Source of the DNA: a virus
Virus record (IMG/VR): IMGVR_UViG_3300043395_002542
Location: 5,162-69,161 of that record
Strand: one strand, 5' to 3'
Length of the DNA: 64,000 nt
Shown here: positions 25,790 through 36,861 of the stretch, in pieces
Layout of the letters: every line of letters begins with the position of its first letter
Position numbering within the stretch: position 1 is the first letter of the stretch
Position numbers and translations under genes: made by a program
The notes under the pieces: model-generated
Database searches by the model: none
What the model was told of the DNA's origin: nothing
The model's input: only the letters and a program-made list of their open reading frames with translations

Positions 25790-27079
25790 ATGCCTACTTC
25801 TGTCACCCACGGAACACTGCCTGATGGCAGCATTCTGGAAATTGGCTCAACTGATGATGGCAGGCTTGAAGTAGATGCTGACTTTTCTGACTCTTCCGTA
25901 GATTCGTTTGGCCGTCTTCGCACGTCAACACCATTTACGTTATTCGATTCCAGTCATCGCTTTTCTGATAACGGTCACTGGGCAACTTCTGTATCCACTG
26001 GTGGATCAGCAACCTTCAATGCAAATCAGGGACTTGTTGATCTTGCTGTTACTGCAGCCTCTGGGTCCGAGGTAATTCGTGAAACAAAGCGCGTATTTGC
26101 CTATCAGCCGGGCAAGTCGTTGCTGATGATGAACACGGTTGTTTTTGCCGCTGCAAAGACGGGCCTTCGTCAGCGCGTTGGCTATTTCGGGATAGAAAAT
26201 GGAATCTACCTTGAGCAAGATGGTGCAACTGTAAATCTTGTACTTCGCTCAAAGGTTTCCGGTTCTATCGTAGACACCAAGGTTGCGCAATCTGACTGGA
26301 ATGGCGACGATAAATTAAATGGAACCGGACTGTCAAAAATCACCCTTGATTTATCCAAGGCGCAAATTTTCTGGGTTGATCTTGAATGGCTTGGCGTTGG
26401 CACTGTTCGTGCTGGCTTCGTGATTAATGGTCAATTTATTCACTGCCATTCCTTCCATCACGCCAACCTGATTTCCTCTACATATACAACTACTGCTTGC
26501 CTGCCGCTTCGTTATGAAATAACAAATACGGCTGCGACTTCGGGCGCAAGCACTATGAAGCAGATTTGCTCCACGGTGCTATCAGAGGGCGGCTACGAAC
26601 TTCGCGGCATCGCCGAAAGCGCTGGCACTGCAATTGGATCCGCTTATTCCTTGGCCGTCGCTGGAACCTACTATCCAGTTATTTCTGTTCGCCTGAAATC
26701 AACTCGATTGGATTCGATCGTTGTTCCCATCGGTGGCGCTTTGATGGGCGTTGGCAACGGCCACAATTATTCGTGGCGCGTTTATGAAGCGTCAACGATT
26801 TCCGGTGGCAGCTGGCTAACTACAAGTGCAGACTCATCAGTTGAATACAATTTGTCGGGAGCGTCGTTTTCCGGCGGCAAAATTATTTCCTCTGGATATT
26901 TTTCCTCTTCAAATCAATCGACTCCGATTGCAAGTATTATCAGGCAAGCTTTATTTAGCCTTCAGCTTCAGCGGAATAGTTTTACTTCTAGTGCTGAAAC
27001 TCTTACAATTGCCGTTGCGTGCGATACGGCCACAAGTACCGCATATGCAAGCCTTGACTGGGGCGAGATTACGCGTTGA
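25790..27079 (+). CDS. Putative virion structural/beta-sandwich protein
   Basis: DSFGRLRTSTPFTLFDSSHRF...YQPGKS...EWLGVGTVR family seen in aquatic phages; start moved past terminator. Confidence 0.65.
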   Translation: MPTSVTHGTLPDGSILEIGSTDDGRLEVDADFSDSSVDSFGRLRTSTPFTLFDSSHRFSDNGHWATSVSTGGSATFNANQGLVDLAVTAASGSEVIRETKRVFAYQPGKSLLMMNTVVFAAAKTGLRQRVGYFGIENGIYLEQDGATVNLVLRSKVSGSIVDTKVAQSDWNGDDKLNGTGLSKITLDLSKAQIFWVDLEWLGVGTVRAGFVINGQFIHCHSFHHANLISSTYTTTACLPLRYEITNTAATSGASTMKQICSTVLSEGGYELRGIAESAGTAIGSAYSLAVAGTYYPVISVRLKSTRLDSIVVPIGGALMGVGNGHNYSWRVYEASTISGGSWLTTSADSSVEYNLSGASFSGGKIISSGYFSSSNQSTPIASIIRQALFSLQLQRNSFTSSAETLTIAVACDTATSTAYASLDWGEITR

Positions 27080-27146
27080 TTGACAGTCGGCCCATTGTGC
27101 TTTTGCTTATTGTGCATTACGCTTTGGGCTGACCATTTTTCCTTTT

Positions 27147-27515
27147 ATGGCCAACGCACCCGCCGTTTCTGGTCCGATGAGGGCTATCGACATCCTGCGC
27201 AAAGCAGCGAATTTTGAGCCTATCAAGCAGGAGATCACGCTCAGCGATGGCACTGAGTTTGTTTTTTATGTTTCTCCGCTGAATGCCGCCGAGCGCGAAA
27301 AAGCGCAGAAGGATGGCGGCGCAGATAGCAATGGCTTTGCTATGCAGCTTCTCATTCAGAAGGCCCTCGATGAAAATGGCGAGCGGATGTTCAAGTCTGG
27401 TGACATCCCCGTTCTGAAGCGTGATGTTGAAGACGAGGATCTCCAGAAAATGATCCTTTGTGTTCTTCGCCCGCGTGGTGGAAAGGACGAAGATACTGAT
27501 CTGAAAAGCGCTTGA
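27147..27515 (+). CDS. Tail assembly chaperone (gpG-like)
   Basis: Position before tape measure; KALDENGERMF motif. Confidence 0.75.
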   Translation: MANAPAVSGPMRAIDILRKAANFEPIKQEITLSDGTEFVFYVSPLNAAEREKAQKDGGADSNGFAMQLLIQKALDENGERMFKSGDIPVLKRDVEDEDLQKMILCVLRPRGGKDEDTDLKSA

Positions 27516-27705
27516 GAAAGAGCTTGAGTTTGATAGTAGACTCATGTTTCAGCTCTCTCTTGCAGAGGAGCTAAAGATGACATTGGCTCAACTCAAAGAG
27601 TCAATGACAGACGAAGAAATGCTCCTCTGGGCTGCATATTTCCGCATCAAGAAACGTCAACACGACAAAATGATGCAAGATGCAAAAAGAGGGGCAAAAC
27701 GCTAA
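27505..27705 (+). CDS. Tail assembly chaperone C-terminal extension (gpT-like), +1 frame
   Basis: LAEELKMTLAQL..SMT.EE..LWAAYF motif; frame opens right after TGA at 27502. Confidence 0.7.
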   Translation, partial: KALEKELEFDSRLMFQLSLAEELKMTLAQLKESMTDEEMLLWAAYFRIKKRQHDKMMQDAKRGAKR

Positions 27706-27714
27706 CGGTCATCA

Positions 27715-27740
27715 GCCGCCCACTTGGGCGGCTTTTTCTT
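27715..27740 (+). terminator. Intrinsic terminator
   Basis: GCCGCCC-ACTT-GGGCGGC plus T-run. Confidence 0.75.
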
Positions 27741-27776
27741 GCCTAGCTAGACTGCCACTAAGTTCAGGTCGAACAA

Positions 27777-30700
27777 GTGGCTAGTTACGACGCGCAAATT
27801 AATTTAATTATTGGCGGCGTCAGGCAGCTTCGTGAACTTGAGGACCGGTTAAATGGAATACAAAATACGATCGAAGAAATAAATGATCTCGGCGCTAACG
27901 CCGTGATGGGCAGAAATATTGACATGTCTGGCTATGCCAGAGTCCTCAGAAACCTTGAAGCAATAAGAGCTTCGACGAATGCGCAGGCAGGGGAGCAGCA
28001 GAGAGCAAATGCATTGGTCAGGGATCAGCTACTTCTTTATTCTCAGTTAAACAGAGAGCAAAACCTTTATCGCCGTAGAAGCTCCGCTTTCACGGAAGAG
28101 TCTCGTGGCGTTCGAGAGACGAACCAACAAGTAATTGAACTTACTACTCAGCTCCGCACGGCCCAAAGAGCTTTTAGTCAGCTTTTTGCCGAGGGTGACA
28201 TTCAGGGTGTTCGGACGATTAATGCTGAAATTGGGTCTTTGCTTGAAGAGCTGCGCGAAATAAATCGTGTTGCTACGGGCACCAAGAATGTTGGCGCAAA
28301 TACTGCACAGCTTCAGTCTCAGGCCGACGCCTGGCAAATTCAGATAAATGCACTGCGTCAACGCGCAGGACTTCTCTCTGAAAACGAAGAAATTCTTGCG
28401 CGTTTATTGACCGCAGAAAGGAATCTGATTCAGCTTCGGAATGTTGACATGACATTTCGTGATGACGCAAATGTGCGCCTTGGCAGACAAGAGCTTGAAA
28501 ACGCCAAGCTTTTATTAAAGGCGGAAGAAGATATAGCCACAAGAAGAGATAGGGATGCAAGAGCTTATCAGGCGCAAATAGAGCAACAAACACGTCAAAT
28601 TCAACAGCAAGCGAAGGAGCTTCGCTCCGTGTTGTTTAGCGCTGGCAAATTAGCTGGCAAGGCTGGCTCTGCAGCCCTTGATGCGCTGACATTTGGAAGG
28701 GGGTCACAAATTGCCAAAGGAGCAAAAAATGCTGCAATTAGAGGGGGAATTGGACTTGGGGCACTTGGGCTTGGTGGGGCCTATACCGCCGTTGAAGGTG
28801 CGTTGGGAAATGTCGATCTTGGAATACTTCAGGGGCCAGCGACGCAAGCAGCAAACGCAGTCGGCGGCGCCATAAATAATGCCCTCGGGGGAATTCCTGA
28901 GATCGTAGGAAATCTTCTTTCTGCGCTTGGCGATATTCCCGGCGCTCTCGGTCTTGCGTCTGTTGCTGCATTAGCATTTGCGCCTGCAATGAAAACGGCC
29001 GGTGAGGCTGTTTTTGAAGCTGGGAAGAAATTCGGCTCAACTAAGTTTGGTGAAAACGTAAAACTAACACTTGAAAGGCAGACAAATTTATTTGAGTCTG
29101 TAATAAATGCAGCGTCAGAAATGAACATGACGCTTGACGCATCTAAATCTGGGCTTAATGCAGTTGGCGCCGCGATTAAATCCCTGCCGGCCCTTCCAGC
29201 TGCTGGACAGACTTCTTTCCGTGGGGAGGTTCGTCGCGGTAGAAGTGGCGCATTCATTGGCGGCGGGGCAAGGGATTTACTTTCCAACCCTGACTACTTA
29301 GTTGGCGCAGCCGGAATTATTGCTGAGCGAACTCAAGATGCTGCGGATACCTCGCTTCGTTTTGCCGAGGGTCTTGGCCAGGCTGCAGTAGAGGCAAAAA
29401 CTGTTGCAGATTATTTAAGCGAGGCCGTAAAACTTCAGAAAACGTCAGAGACATCCGCTCAAAGGTTTGTTCGTCAAACGATAGAGAAAGGGCGCGCAAT
29501 ACTAGAAAATCAAAGAAGCGCCGATATAGCTAGAGAACGCTCCGCGCAGTTCCTCGGTGGTCAGTATTCACTCGCGCAGGTTCCTCCGCGAGGGGAGCTT
29601 CTTCCTGGGGGTCGAACCGAGACTCGTCAGCCCGATTACAGGGAAATGCTCAACCAGGCTGCTCAAGCGCGAGCAGTCATCGAGGATTCCCTTAATTCCC
29701 TGAGAAGTAGGGCAATTCAGAGTCTTGGCCTCTCCAAGGCTGTTATTGACGCGATGACAGAGGAGCAGCGCATTGCATTGGCAAACGAACAAATACAAAA
29801 AAGGTCCCTTGGCAGTGTGTCTGAGGCAGTCGCCGCCAGAAGGACATCCCTTGGTGTTATGCGGCAGGAGCAAGTTACGCTTGCTAGTATCAACGCTGAA
29901 AATGAGCGTTCTGTTGAAATAATTAGACAGCGAAATCGTGAATTGCGCGCAACTCCAGTTGCCGCAATGACGCCGCAGGAGCGAGTTGGGCAAGGCATTT
30001 TTGATCCTGCGACCCTCCGCGCAGATCGTCGTCGTCGTGTTGCCGCTGGTCGTGCGCGTCAGGAAGCAATAGGTCGTGCAACAAGCGAAGGCTTAATCGG
30101 CGGCGCCTTCCCTCTTCTGTTTGGTCAGGGTGTTGGCGCGTCGCTTGGCGGCCTTGCTGGCGGCATTGGCGGTGGCCTTGCTGGTGGCGGCCTTGGCTTT
30201 GGCTTGTCGCTAATTGGTACAGCTCTCGGCACTGCTATAGACACGCTTGGCGCAAAGGCCACGGAAGTTGGCAAGTCACTTCGCTATCCAGCCGAAGCAT
30301 TTGAAAAACTGAAAGAGGCCGGACTGCTTGCAAGTCGTCAACAAGAATACTATATTGCAAAATTAATCGAATCTGGCAGAATCGTAGAGGCGAATGGCGA
30401 GATCCAGAAAGAAATAATCAAAAAAGTTGGCGTTTCTGGTGTGAAAGACCTAGCGGCTCTTGGTGACTCTTCAACGAAACTGAGCAAAGTTTGGGCCGAG
30501 TTTAATCTTCAGTTGCAGGCTGCTATTGCTGGGCCTCTTGCTGGCCTGCTTGATTGGGTGTCAAATATATTGGCGGTTGGAAATGAGGTCACAAGAGAAG
30601 CCGCCAGGCAACAGCAAATATTAGATAGCCTTTCGCCAGAAAACAAAAAAGCCTTGCTTGGTGAGCAGTCTCAAATTCAGCAAGGCATGACACTGTTTAA

Positions 30701-32588
30701 TGAGGCGCAGAAAAATAAGCAAATTTCTGAACTCTACACTAGGTATCAGCCACTTGGCGCGGCGCCAGCTATTCAGCCTGGCGCCCTGACCCCGGAGCAA
30801 AGAGATGCTGTTGCTCAAGCGCAAGCGCAAACACGTCAGCTTCAGGCCCAAGTGGAGCTTGCGGCTAAGCGACTTTCCCTCACTGGCTTAACCTTAGAAA
30901 GGGATGGCGCTCGGTATATTCAGGCATCAAAATCAATCGCGCTACAAGAATACGAAAACAAGCTTCTTGAAATCAAGGATGGCTGGATAGGAAAAGTCTT
31001 TGACAAAGAAAAAAATATAGCAATGATTCGCGCAGCAAATCTTGAGTATGCTGCAAAACTCAAGCAAATTGAAGCAGAAGTTGCCGAAGCCGCTCGCGCA
31101 AGAGCTTCGGCCTTGTATCAAGCGGAAATACAGTATTACCAAGAGGTGGAGAAAAGACTTGATCTTGCCGCGAGAGAAGAGGAGGTTGCAAATGGTCAAC
31201 AGGCTGGCATCAAAAGACAGATTGAACTATCGGAGACTCTGCGCGCCACTCGCGAACAAATACTTTTAAGAGAGGAAACATTGGCGCTTGTAGAGGCAAG
31301 AAAGAATGGAACAGAGCAACAAGTTCGCGCAACTTTCGAGCTTAGGTTTGCGAGCCTCCGAAGAGAGTTTGCGTTAAATGAAAAAATTCTTAAGCAACGA
31401 GAGGCTGAATACAGGTTTGATAGGATGATGTCAATAGAGCAGGCAAAGAATCAGGCTGCTCAACCATTTATTCAGTTCCGCCAAGATCAAGAACTAAGCA
31501 TTCAATACGCGAAAACATATCACAGGCTTCTCACGGAGGGTGTCGCGCCTACCGAAGCAAAAAGAATTGCCGATTTTGAGAGAATGGTGGCTCAGCAAAA
31601 GAATTCTCTTGATCTTCAAATCTTAATTGCGACTGCAGCAGTTACGCAGGCGGAATCATACGGCGTTAGTGTTGATAAAATTGCTGAATTACGGCTTGAG
31701 CTTGAGCGCCTGAACAAGGCTAGAGAGGAGACCGATAAATACGCTCAGCAAGGCCCCGGAGAAAAACCAAAAGATATTCCTGGGGCTAAAATTCAAGAAT
31801 TTATTTCCGAAGCAACGGCCCAGCTCAATGATCTTGAGTCAGTCGCCATTCGCGTATCACAAAGCATTGGCGACGCCATAGGCAACTCTCTTGCCAATGG
31901 CATTTCTGGCCTGATTGAAGGCACAACTACTGCCAAGCAAATCTTTGCCGACTTCTTAAAGAGCGTTGGCCAGATCCTTGTGCAAGAGGGCACGAAGATG
32001 ATTGCAACTTACATTGCAATTGGTATTGCGAAGATGTTTGCCGGTCTTTTTACTGCTGGATCGTCAAGTGCAAGCGCGATTCCATCAAGCGGTATTCCTT
32101 CTGCTCCCACGATTAACGGATTTGACACGGGCGCTTTTGCAAACATTGCTGCGAATGGTGCTTATTTTTCTGGCGGAGCTTCATATTTCGCCAATGGTGG
32201 TGTGTTCACAAACAAGATCGTTTCCTCGCCAACTCTCTTCAAATTCGCTGATGGCGGCTCCATGAACACTGGCGTCATGGGCGAGGCCGGACCTGAGGCA
32301 ATCATGCCCCTGCGTCGCGGTGCTAGCGGTCGCCTAGGTGTTGATGCCTCCGGCCTCCGCGAGGCCATGGGTAGCGCTCCTGGCGCCTCTTCTGGCAGTT
32401 CCGTCTTGAATATGACCTTTGAGACGACTTCGATCAATGGCGTGGAATACGTCAGCAGGGAGCAGCTTGAGTCTGCAATGGCTGCCACTCGACGCCAAGC
32501 AGCTTCGGACGGCGCAAAGCGTGGAATGTCGATGGCCTTAGATAAACTTCAACAGTCACCCCAAGCTCGTCGTCGGATCGGGATCTAA
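27777..32588 (+). CDS. Tail tape measure protein
   Basis: 1603 aa helical; GGAFPLLFGQG and FANGG...GEAGPEAIMPL motifs. Confidence 0.92.
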   Translation: MASYDAQINLIIGGVRQLRELEDRLNGIQNTIEEINDLGANAVMGRNIDMSGYARVLRNLEAIRASTNAQAGEQQRANALVRDQLLLYSQLNREQNLYRRRSSAFTEESRGVRETNQQVIELTTQLRTAQRAFSQLFAEGDIQGVRTINAEIGSLLEELREINRVATGTKNVGANTAQLQSQADAWQIQINALRQRAGLLSENEEILARLLTAERNLIQLRNVDMTFRDDANVRLGRQELENAKLLLKAEEDIATRRDRDARAYQAQIEQQTRQIQQQAKELRSVLFSAGKLAGKAGSAALDALTFGRGSQIAKGAKNAAIRGGIGLGALGLGGAYTAVEGALGNVDLGILQGPATQAANAVGGAINNALGGIPEIVGNLLSALGDIPGALGLASVAALAFAPAMKTAGEAVFEAGKKFGSTKFGENVKLTLERQTNLFESVINAASEMNMTLDASKSGLNAVGAAIKSLPALPAAGQTSFRGEVRRGRSGAFIGGGARDLLSNPDYLVGAAGIIAERTQDAADTSLRFAEGLGQAAVEAKTVADYLSEAVKLQKTSETSAQRFVRQTIEKGRAILENQRSADIARERSAQFLGGQYSLAQVPPRGELLPGGRTETRQPDYREMLNQAAQARAVIEDSLNSLRSRAIQSLGLSKAVIDAMTEEQRIALANEQIQKRSLGSVSEAVAARRTSLGVMRQEQVTLASINAENERSVEIIRQRNRELRATPVAAMTPQERVGQGIFDPATLRADRRRRVAAGRARQEAIGRATSEGLIGGAFPLLFGQGVGASLGGLAGGIGGGLAGGGLGFGLSLIGTALGTAIDTLGAKATEVGKSLRYPAEAFEKLKEAGLLASRQQEYYIAKLIESGRIVEANGEIQKEIIKKVGVSGVKDLAALGDSSTKLSKVWAEFNLQLQAAIAGPLAGLLDWVSNILAVGNEVTREAARQQQILDSLSPENKKALLGEQSQIQQGMTLFNEAQKNKQISELYTRYQPLGAAPAIQPGALTPEQRDAVAQAQAQTRQLQAQVELAAKRLSLTGLTLERDGARYIQASKSIALQEYENKLLEIKDGWIGKVFDKEKNIAMIRAANLEYAAKLKQIEAEVAEAARARASALYQAEIQYYQEVEKRLDLAAREEEVANGQQAGIKRQIELSETLRATREQILLREETLALVEARKNGTEQQVRATFELRFASLRREFALNEKILKQREAEYRFDRMMSIEQAKNQAAQPFIQFRQDQELSIQYAKTYHRLLTEGVAPTEAKRIADFERMVAQQKNSLDLQILIATAAVTQAESYGVSVDKIAELRLELERLNKAREETDKYAQQGPGEKPKDIPGAKIQEFISEATAQLNDLESVAIRVSQSIGDAIGNSLANGISGLIEGTTTAKQIFADFLKSVGQILVQEGTKMIATYIAIGIAKMFAGLFTAGSSSASAIPSSGIPSAPTINGFDTGAFANIAANGAYFSGGASYFANGGVFTNKIVSSPTLFKFADGGSMNTGVMGEAGPEAIMPLRRGASGRLGVDASGLREAMGSAPGASSGSSVLNMTFETTSINGVEYVSREQLESAMAATRRQAASDGAKRGMSMALDKLQQSPQARRRIGI

Positions 32589-32591
32589 GTC

Positions 32592-32981
32592 ATGTCGATA
32601 CCATTCCCCGCACTTGTTCCGACCGGACGCAGAGTAAAGCTCGGCGAATACCCGACGAGGGTTTATAGGTCAATGTCGGGCGCAACTGCAAAACGCAGCT
32701 TTGGTAACAGAGCGTTCAGGTATCAGTTAACACTTGAGTTCAAAAACATACTTGATGCAACCGCCGCTTCAATTGTTACACACTACACAAGCGTTAATGC
32801 TGGTTTTACGCGCTTTACGCTTTCAACGCAACTTTTTGATGGCATGGATTCAACTTTGAGTTCACAGCTTCGCGCTCCGACTGGAATTTTATGGGAATAT
32901 GCATCGCCCCCCGATGTTGAATCAGTGACGAAGGGCATTAGTACTGTTAGGGTTGAGCTTGTAGGAGAAATTGATCCATGA
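32592..32981 (+). CDS. Distal tail protein
   Basis: Directly after tape measure; gene order. Confidence 0.6.
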   Translation: MSIPFPALVPTGRRVKLGEYPTRVYRSMSGATAKRSFGNRAFRYQLTLEFKNILDATAASIVTHYTSVNAGFTRFTLSTQLFDGMDSTLSSQLRAPTGILWEYASPPDVESVTKGISTVRVELVGEIDP

Positions 32982-33445
32982 CACTCGAAATTAGAGTTGC
33001 GCAGTTTTTCAAGCTTCTCGATAAAGCTGGAAATACTTATCGCTATCAAAATTATTTTATTAACTCAACGTCATCTATTCCGGGCGAAAGTTATAGCTTC
33101 GCGCCATTTCAAGTGCAAGGAACGATGTCAACCCTCGGGGGCGACAATGAACTGCTACAGATTTTATTTCCTAATGTTGAATTTGCGATTCGTCTCTTAG
33201 AGGCTGCCGATGGCAATAGGCTATCCAAGTTGACACTTGGAACCTACTGGCTTAGCGCATCTGGCTCTGTACTTAAGTCATACACAGAAAAATATATTGG
33301 CATTGGCTCAAGTTTTAGCGATACTACAATCGAGCTTCGCTATAGGGCCGCAACCGACGCAGCAGGCAATCAGTTTCCCGCCTTGACACTTACAAGAAAT
33401 CTTGTTGGCATCCTTCCTCTTGATTCAGAAATTTCGACAAGATGA
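32978..33445 (+). CDS. Minor tail protein (gpL-like position)
   Basis: YQNYF..YSFAPF; gene order. Confidence 0.55.
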   Translation: MTLEIRVAQFFKLLDKAGNTYRYQNYFINSTSSIPGESYSFAPFQVQGTMSTLGGDNELLQILFPNVEFAIRLLEAADGNRLSKLTLGTYWLSASGSVLKSYTEKYIGIGSSFSDTTIELRYRAATDAAGNQFPALTLTRNLVGILPLDSEISTR

Positions 33446-33822
33446 ACGACCTAATTGGACTCAAAAGAGCCTGGAGTGCATTGCCGGGCGATGGCTCTGG
33501 CACGGTTGATTGCTGCGCTCTTGCAGCAGAAGTGCACAAAAGACTTGGGTATCACGATTACACGAATGAATTAATTGAGATATTCAGTAAGTACACAGAC
33601 GATTCACTGCCTAAAAGCTTTATAGCAAAATGGCTGCTGAAGAATGCTGAGCGAATTGACGGCCCAGAGCCACACGCTGTAGTTTTGCTACCCGGCAATC
33701 GAGCTGGAGCACTTGGCACAGTTCTCGACGATGGAAGTGTTCTTTTTATCGCGCCGAACAGCTATGTTGTACGTGCGCCAATTCCAGAAGGGATGGGCTG
33801 GTACTTTCGGATGAGAAAATGA
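33442..33822 (+). CDS. NlpC/P60-like tail assembly protein
   Basis: DLIG...G..DC..LA.EV..RLG motif. Confidence 0.65.
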   Translation: MNDLIGLKRAWSALPGDGSGTVDCCALAAEVHKRLGYHDYTNELIEIFSKYTDDSLPKSFIAKWLLKNAERIDGPEPHAVVLLPGNRAGALGTVLDDGSVLFIAPNSYVVRAPIPEGMGWYFRMRK

Positions 33823-36809
33823 CTCGCAAGCTTCTCCCCTACGAACACCAGCTCATTGAAGCCCTCGGTGTGTCAGAAGAAGAATATATTCAGTTCTTGT
33901 ACCATCAGAAAGAGTACAAGGACATAAAAACAGGCACACAACTAGACATACGGAACGACGCTGGAGTAGTTGCTTTAGTTCTAACAATTGTAGGCACTCT
34001 ACTTCAGGTCGCAGCAGCGCTGCTAGCTCCCAAACCCCAAATCCCAGACCAAAAAGGGCAAGGGCAGACCAAGGAGCAGCGCATAAATCCCCGCTACGGT
34101 TTTAACGGCGCGCAAGAACTTGCGGTCTACGGGGACGCTGTTCCCCTCGTATACACCAACACTATTCAAAACGCACAAGGAGGCGTCCGTCTAAGCACAG
34201 CTCTGTTGTGGTCGGCTGTGCTTTCATTTGGCTCCTCACAATTTATGCGTCTGATGATGCTCGTGGGCGCGGGCGCCATCGCTCAGATCGACCCGAAGCG
34301 CACTGCGATAGGGAATGTCCTCGTCACGTCGATACCTGGAAGCGTGATGTGGCAGTATTTCAATAGCAACCGCTACACCACATATGGTGATCTGATCGAG
34401 GGCGGGAATGACGATCCCACCTTAATTAACGCTGGAGCATACACAGCTAATTTCACCTGGAAGAACACCAGTGGGTTCAGCCAGGCTTACGCCCCTAGTT
34501 CAGTGAATGAAGCGACTATTACAGCTGTCATTCCTATTGGAACGGATATGTTAGCGATTGATCCCAGTGGTGATCGGCGCAGCGCAAAGACATTCACTGA
34601 ATTCAAACCTCTGTCCGGTAGCGTTAATACTTACTGGCCGAGTTCATCTCAGCTCGGGCCTAGAGAAACAGTCCAGGTAGGTCAAGAGTGGGCACTTGTG
34701 ATCCCAGCAGCAAACGAGAGCGCAGGGACTGATAACTATGCTGCAGACTTTGCCCAAGAGACGAGGGTTGCGCTCTCCGAGATCGTAGAAGAGGGGTCTG
34801 TGTTCAAAATAGGCAGTGCGCTTTTTAAGCTCGTTTCGTACTCATATGCAGGCAGCGAAGCAGATATTTCTATAAATCGGATGACGGCCATCTTGAAATG
34901 TACACAAGCGGGCAAGCTTCCTTATTTTCCTTACGAAATAGGCCACCACATAGGACAAGCGGACTCCACGGGCGCCTCTTCCGAGAACTTCTACACGAAA
35001 TGCTTATCACGGGTTTCAATTGCAAACTACTCCTCGATCACGCGTAGCCATGCCATTGAGCTTGCTCTCCGCCTAAGTGCATACCGCCGTATTAGTGGTA
35101 GAGCCTCCGAGTACGGAACAGAAACCAACGATTTTGGGTACTCAGACAGAGACAATGGCAAGAAGATGCGTACTTCTTTGTTTGTCATTAAGTATAGATT
35201 TGCGCCTACAGCGGCCTGGGTAACGTTTCCTGTTGTGTTCGCGTTTAACGGTAGCAGCGAGCAGGTTTACTTCAGCGCACTTAGGCTCATATCTCCTACC
35301 ACGCAGAACTGGGAAATACAGGTCGAACCTGTGGTTGAACTCAAAACAGAATATGATATTTGTGCCCACCAGGGTGTTTTTCTAATAACTCAAACAGAGA
35401 CACACACGACATTAAGTCCTAGTGGCTCGCCGATCACGATGCACGCGTATGGGGTGTACAAGCCTGGTGTATTTGCCTATCCACCAACGGGGCGCACAGA
35501 TAAGCCCACGGATACTCATTCATTTGGTTTGTTTAGCCAAGAGACATACACAGATACTCAATTCTCGTTTGAGCAAACCGCAGAAGTGACAGTAACTGCA
35601 GTTAACGAGATTCAGGATATAGCCTGGGAATCTATCAGTACTAGTCTTTACGACGGGCTTTCTACCTTTGCGCTACACGCTTTCTCGGGAAGAAACATAC
35701 AACAATTACGCGATACCTCTGTATTTGTTACCCAGGGAAAGAAGTGTTGGACCGTGAGCGGGACAGGCGCTTTAAGCAAGTCCACAGTCTCCAGTAGCTA
35801 TGCACCGGATATTTTCATTGACACCGTTCTTGACGCGGTTAACGGTATAGGGGCATACGCCGATAGTGACTCCATTCAGCTGACCAAGCTCGGTGAGGCT
35901 AAAACCTTTTGTGTGGCCAACAATCTCTTTATGGATGGGGTTATCGCAGATCTCGCCAATTGGCGAGAGTTCTGGTCGCAGTACGCACCGTTTAGCCTAC
36001 TAGAGTTCGCACGTCTTAACGGACAGGATACCCTCATTCCTGCTGTTCCGTTTAACTCCGCAAATGGGCTTATTACAAATCAGATCACAGTATCTGCGCT
36101 GTTCAACCAAGGCAACATTATAGATGGTACTTACAAGGAAGAATTTACTGACTACATAAATAACACGCGCTACGTCAATGTCAGTGTTGTCTATCGTGAT
36201 GGCTCAACATCTAGCGCTTTTCCCAAGAACTCGACAGTCAATGTGCGCCTAAGCGGGGCTCCGGCAAACGCTCCCCGAGAACGGATTGACATGTCTCAGT
36301 TTGTAACTAGAAAAGAGCAGGCAATACTTGTTGCAAAGTATTTATGCAATGTCAGATTTTACAATCAACGCTCTGTTGAATTTAGTACGTTTCCGGGTGA
36401 TTCTCCTGTTTCTCCCGGCGACTACTGTTTTGTCGATGTTGGCGTTAATCGCTGGGAAGGCATTTACACGGGCAGGGTTGAGGCGGGCGGCTTCCTTAAT
36501 GCGCCGATTGCTTCGATTCCGAACGGCACCTACTCCGCCATGGTGAGTCTTCCTGGCTCAACTCCAGCAACAGTTGGATCCGTTTCGGTCAGCGATAACA
36601 TTGCCTCCGCGCTTTCTGCTTATACTGGCGCTTTATTTGTTCTTGGAACAACTGTTAGCACTAAAAGAGTTTTTCGTGTTGTCGAGGTCTCCATGGATGA
36701 AGAAGGGCAGGTGACAATTAAAGCCGTTGAACACCCGTGTGCTGGGTCTGGCGCAAATCTTACAAGTAAGATAGCTCAGTTCTCTTCTGGCTTTGTTGTC
36801 GAGGAATAA
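33819..36809 (+). CDS. Central tail/tail-tip protein (gpJ-like)
   Basis: 996 aa; LLPYEHQLI, QELA.YG..VPLVY, LFNQGNI, RVVEVSMDEEG. Confidence 0.75.
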   Translation: MTRKLLPYEHQLIEALGVSEEEYIQFLYHQKEYKDIKTGTQLDIRNDAGVVALVLTIVGTLLQVAAALLAPKPQIPDQKGQGQTKEQRINPRYGFNGAQELAVYGDAVPLVYTNTIQNAQGGVRLSTALLWSAVLSFGSSQFMRLMMLVGAGAIAQIDPKRTAIGNVLVTSIPGSVMWQYFNSNRYTTYGDLIEGGNDDPTLINAGAYTANFTWKNTSGFSQAYAPSSVNEATITAVIPIGTDMLAIDPSGDRRSAKTFTEFKPLSGSVNTYWPSSSQLGPRETVQVGQEWALVIPAANESAGTDNYAADFAQETRVALSEIVEEGSVFKIGSALFKLVSYSYAGSEADISINRMTAILKCTQAGKLPYFPYEIGHHIGQADSTGASSENFYTKCLSRVSIANYSSITRSHAIELALRLSAYRRISGRASEYGTETNDFGYSDRDNGKKMRTSLFVIKYRFAPTAAWVTFPVVFAFNGSSEQVYFSALRLISPTTQNWEIQVEPVVELKTEYDICAHQGVFLITQTETHTTLSPSGSPITMHAYGVYKPGVFAYPPTGRTDKPTDTHSFGLFSQETYTDTQFSFEQTAEVTVTAVNEIQDIAWESISTSLYDGLSTFALHAFSGRNIQQLRDTSVFVTQGKKCWTVSGTGALSKSTVSSSYAPDIFIDTVLDAVNGIGAYADSDSIQLTKLGEAKTFCVANNLFMDGVIADLANWREFWSQYAPFSLLEFARLNGQDTLIPAVPFNSANGLITNQITVSALFNQGNIIDGTYKEEFTDYINNTRYVNVSVVYRDGSTSSAFPKNSTVNVRLSGAPANAPRERIDMSQFVTRKEQAILVAKYLCNVRFYNQRSVEFSTFPGDSPVSPGDYCFVDVGVNRWEGIYTGRVEAGGFLNAPIASIPNGTYSAMVSLPGSTPATVGSVSVSDNIASALSAYTGALFVLGTTVSTKRVFRVVEVSMDEEGQVTIKAVEHPCAGSGANLTSKIAQFSSGFVVEE

Positions 36810-36861
36810 ATCGCCAGCCCCGCTAACCTGAGGCCATTGAGCCCCCCAGTCCTGCTTTCAG

